Shown here: one piece after another, positions 63,184 to 64,000 of the stretch
Layout of the letters: the number at the start of each line of letters is the position of its first letter
How positions within the stretch are numbered: the stretch's first letter is position 1
Program-made: the position numbers and the translations under genes
Assembly: GCA_028279655.1 (NCBI GenBank)
Contig: JANQNH010000007.1
Location: 35,338-99,337, forward strand
Direction: 5' to 3'
DNA from: Candidatus Nanoarchaeia archaeon
Lineage (GTDB): Archaea > Nanobdellota > Nanobdellia > Woesearchaeales > JACPBV01
DNA: 64,000 nucleotides
The notes under the pieces: model-generated
The model's input: the letters and a program-made list of their open reading frames with translations, nothing else
The model's database searches: none
What the model was told of the DNA's origin: nothing

Positions 63184-63882
63184 ATGGCAGAACTAGAACC
63201 GACTATAGAATTTGTTCAAAGAAGCGTAGAGACACTAACAGGACAAAAATTCCCAAATGCAGTAGAAGCAAATAAAACTAGAGAAGAGATAGATGCTATC
63301 GTTGGCGATTCTAAAAAAGTTGATGCAGAGCTAAAAGATGCCGATGCTGTCATCTACAGAACTCCTCCTCCAGACTTTAAATTCTTTATGTATTTCCCAC
63401 CCCATGTTACTGAAGCACTTTCCACAGACCAGATCCAGGGTTGGTCTCCCGTAATCGAAGAAACATCCCATTTTTGTTTTAATAGCTTCTATGCTCAAAA
63501 ACATGGATTCATACCTATCGGTGCAAATACAGAGATGATTGGAGCGATTGATAAGTACTTTATACTATACGCCTTAAATAGAAAACAAGAAACAGTAAAG
63601 GGAATTGATATGGACCTTGCTGAGGGATGCTTTGCAGCAGCTGAAGATCCAAGTGGCTTTAATATTGAACATATAGTGGGCCATCAGTTGGGTAAGTCTT
63701 TCTTTAATGATATGGCAGAAATGGGTCAGAGTGGCCTTGTTGCGTATCAAGCACTATATGTTGCTGACAATTGGCATCAGGTGAATGCTATACTTGAAGG
63801 CAAGGACCTTCATGAGGTATTTAAGCACAGATTCGATGAGTGTAAGGCATACGTTAGAGAACATTATATGATTGATATCTAG
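63184..63882 (+). CDS. hypothetical protein
   Basis: 232-aa ORF, no family recognised. Confidence 0.5.
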   Translation: MAELEPTIEFVQRSVETLTGQKFPNAVEANKTREEIDAIVGDSKKVDAELKDADAVIYRTPPPDFKFFMYFPPHVTEALSTDQIQGWSPVIEETSHFCFNSFYAQKHGFIPIGANTEMIGAIDKYFILYALNRKQETVKGIDMDLAEGCFAAAEDPSGFNIEHIVGHQLGKSFFNDMAEMGQSGLVAYQALYVADNWHQVNAILEGKDLHEVFKHRFDECKAYVREHYMIDI

Positions 63883-63942
63883 ATATGATGCTTTATTTCT
63901 AAAACCCAAACCTATATAAACCAATAAAACACACCTAAAGGT

Positions 63943-64000
63943 ATGATAAAAGCAGTTTTATTCGATCTTGACAATACCCTTATAGATTTCATGAGGATGA
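63943..64000 (+). CDS. HAD-superfamily hydrolase, 5' fragment (runs off the window)
   Basis: MIKAVLFDLDNTLIDF = HAD motif I (DxDxT). Confidence 0.6.
   Translation, partial: MIKAVLFDLDNTLIDFMRM

Noticed and set aside
1-64000. rRNA genes, CRISPR arrays, transposases or integrases
   Set aside because: I found no long non-coding stretch with rRNA-like conserved motifs, no regularly spaced repeats of 24-40 nt, and no ORF with DDE, serine-recombinase or tyrosine-recombinase signatures.

Overview
Gene-dense, AT-rich chromosomal segment, almost certainly archaeal. All calls come from reading the sequence and ORF translations by eye. No searches or folding programs were run, so family assignments rest on remembered motifs and start codons are best guesses.

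Evidence for an archaeal origin:
- a class I lysyl-tRNA synthetase
- a Pth2-type peptidyl-tRNA hydrolase
- Lrp/AsnC and HTH_10 (Bat-type) regulators
- a tRNA-Lys gene split by two bulge-helix-bulge introns
- recurring BRE/TATA promoters (cgaaACATTTAAATA or CATAATCTTTATA) about 25-30 nt upstream of start codons, so many transcripts look leaderless

Gene content:
- riboflavin synthesis: ribB, ribD
- argF with a short GNAT enzyme, and purA
- a nearly complete aspartate-family/DAP-lysine gene set scattered over the window (asd, hom, lysC, candidate dapL, dapA, dapB, lysA), together with LysRS and a KamA-type aminomutase
- nitrogen metabolism: gdhA and a GltS-like FMN protein
- a bacterial-looking pentose island: xylA, a DUF4432-like protein, xylB, a GHFH-type oxidoreductase and a PfkB kinase
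- an HAE3-type RND exporter with an S-layer-like partner
- four toxin-antitoxin-like cassettes: two VapBC and two MNT/HEPN
- no rRNA and no CRISPR array seen

Most noteworthy observations:
1. An HTH_10 regulator and an aberrant PLP-fold enzyme are linked by an identical 14-bp palindrome to a tight six-gene operon of unknown small proteins that ends in a Tat-exported peptidoglycan amidase. This is the best candidate for an undescribed system.
2. An MNT/HEPN cassette is bracketed by 41-bp direct repeats that duplicate the 3' end of the neighbouring aminotransferase gene.
3. The two-intron tRNA-Lys(CUU) abuts a LAGLIDADG endonuclease gene that carries one in-frame TAA.
4. An intergenic array contains four stem-GAA-stem hairpins and four 16-nt boxes.
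5. Shared palindromic operator candidates lie upstream of argF and the GNAT gene, and in the lrp/gltS-like divergent region.
6. One ORF encodes an Mpv17/PMP22-like membrane protein.
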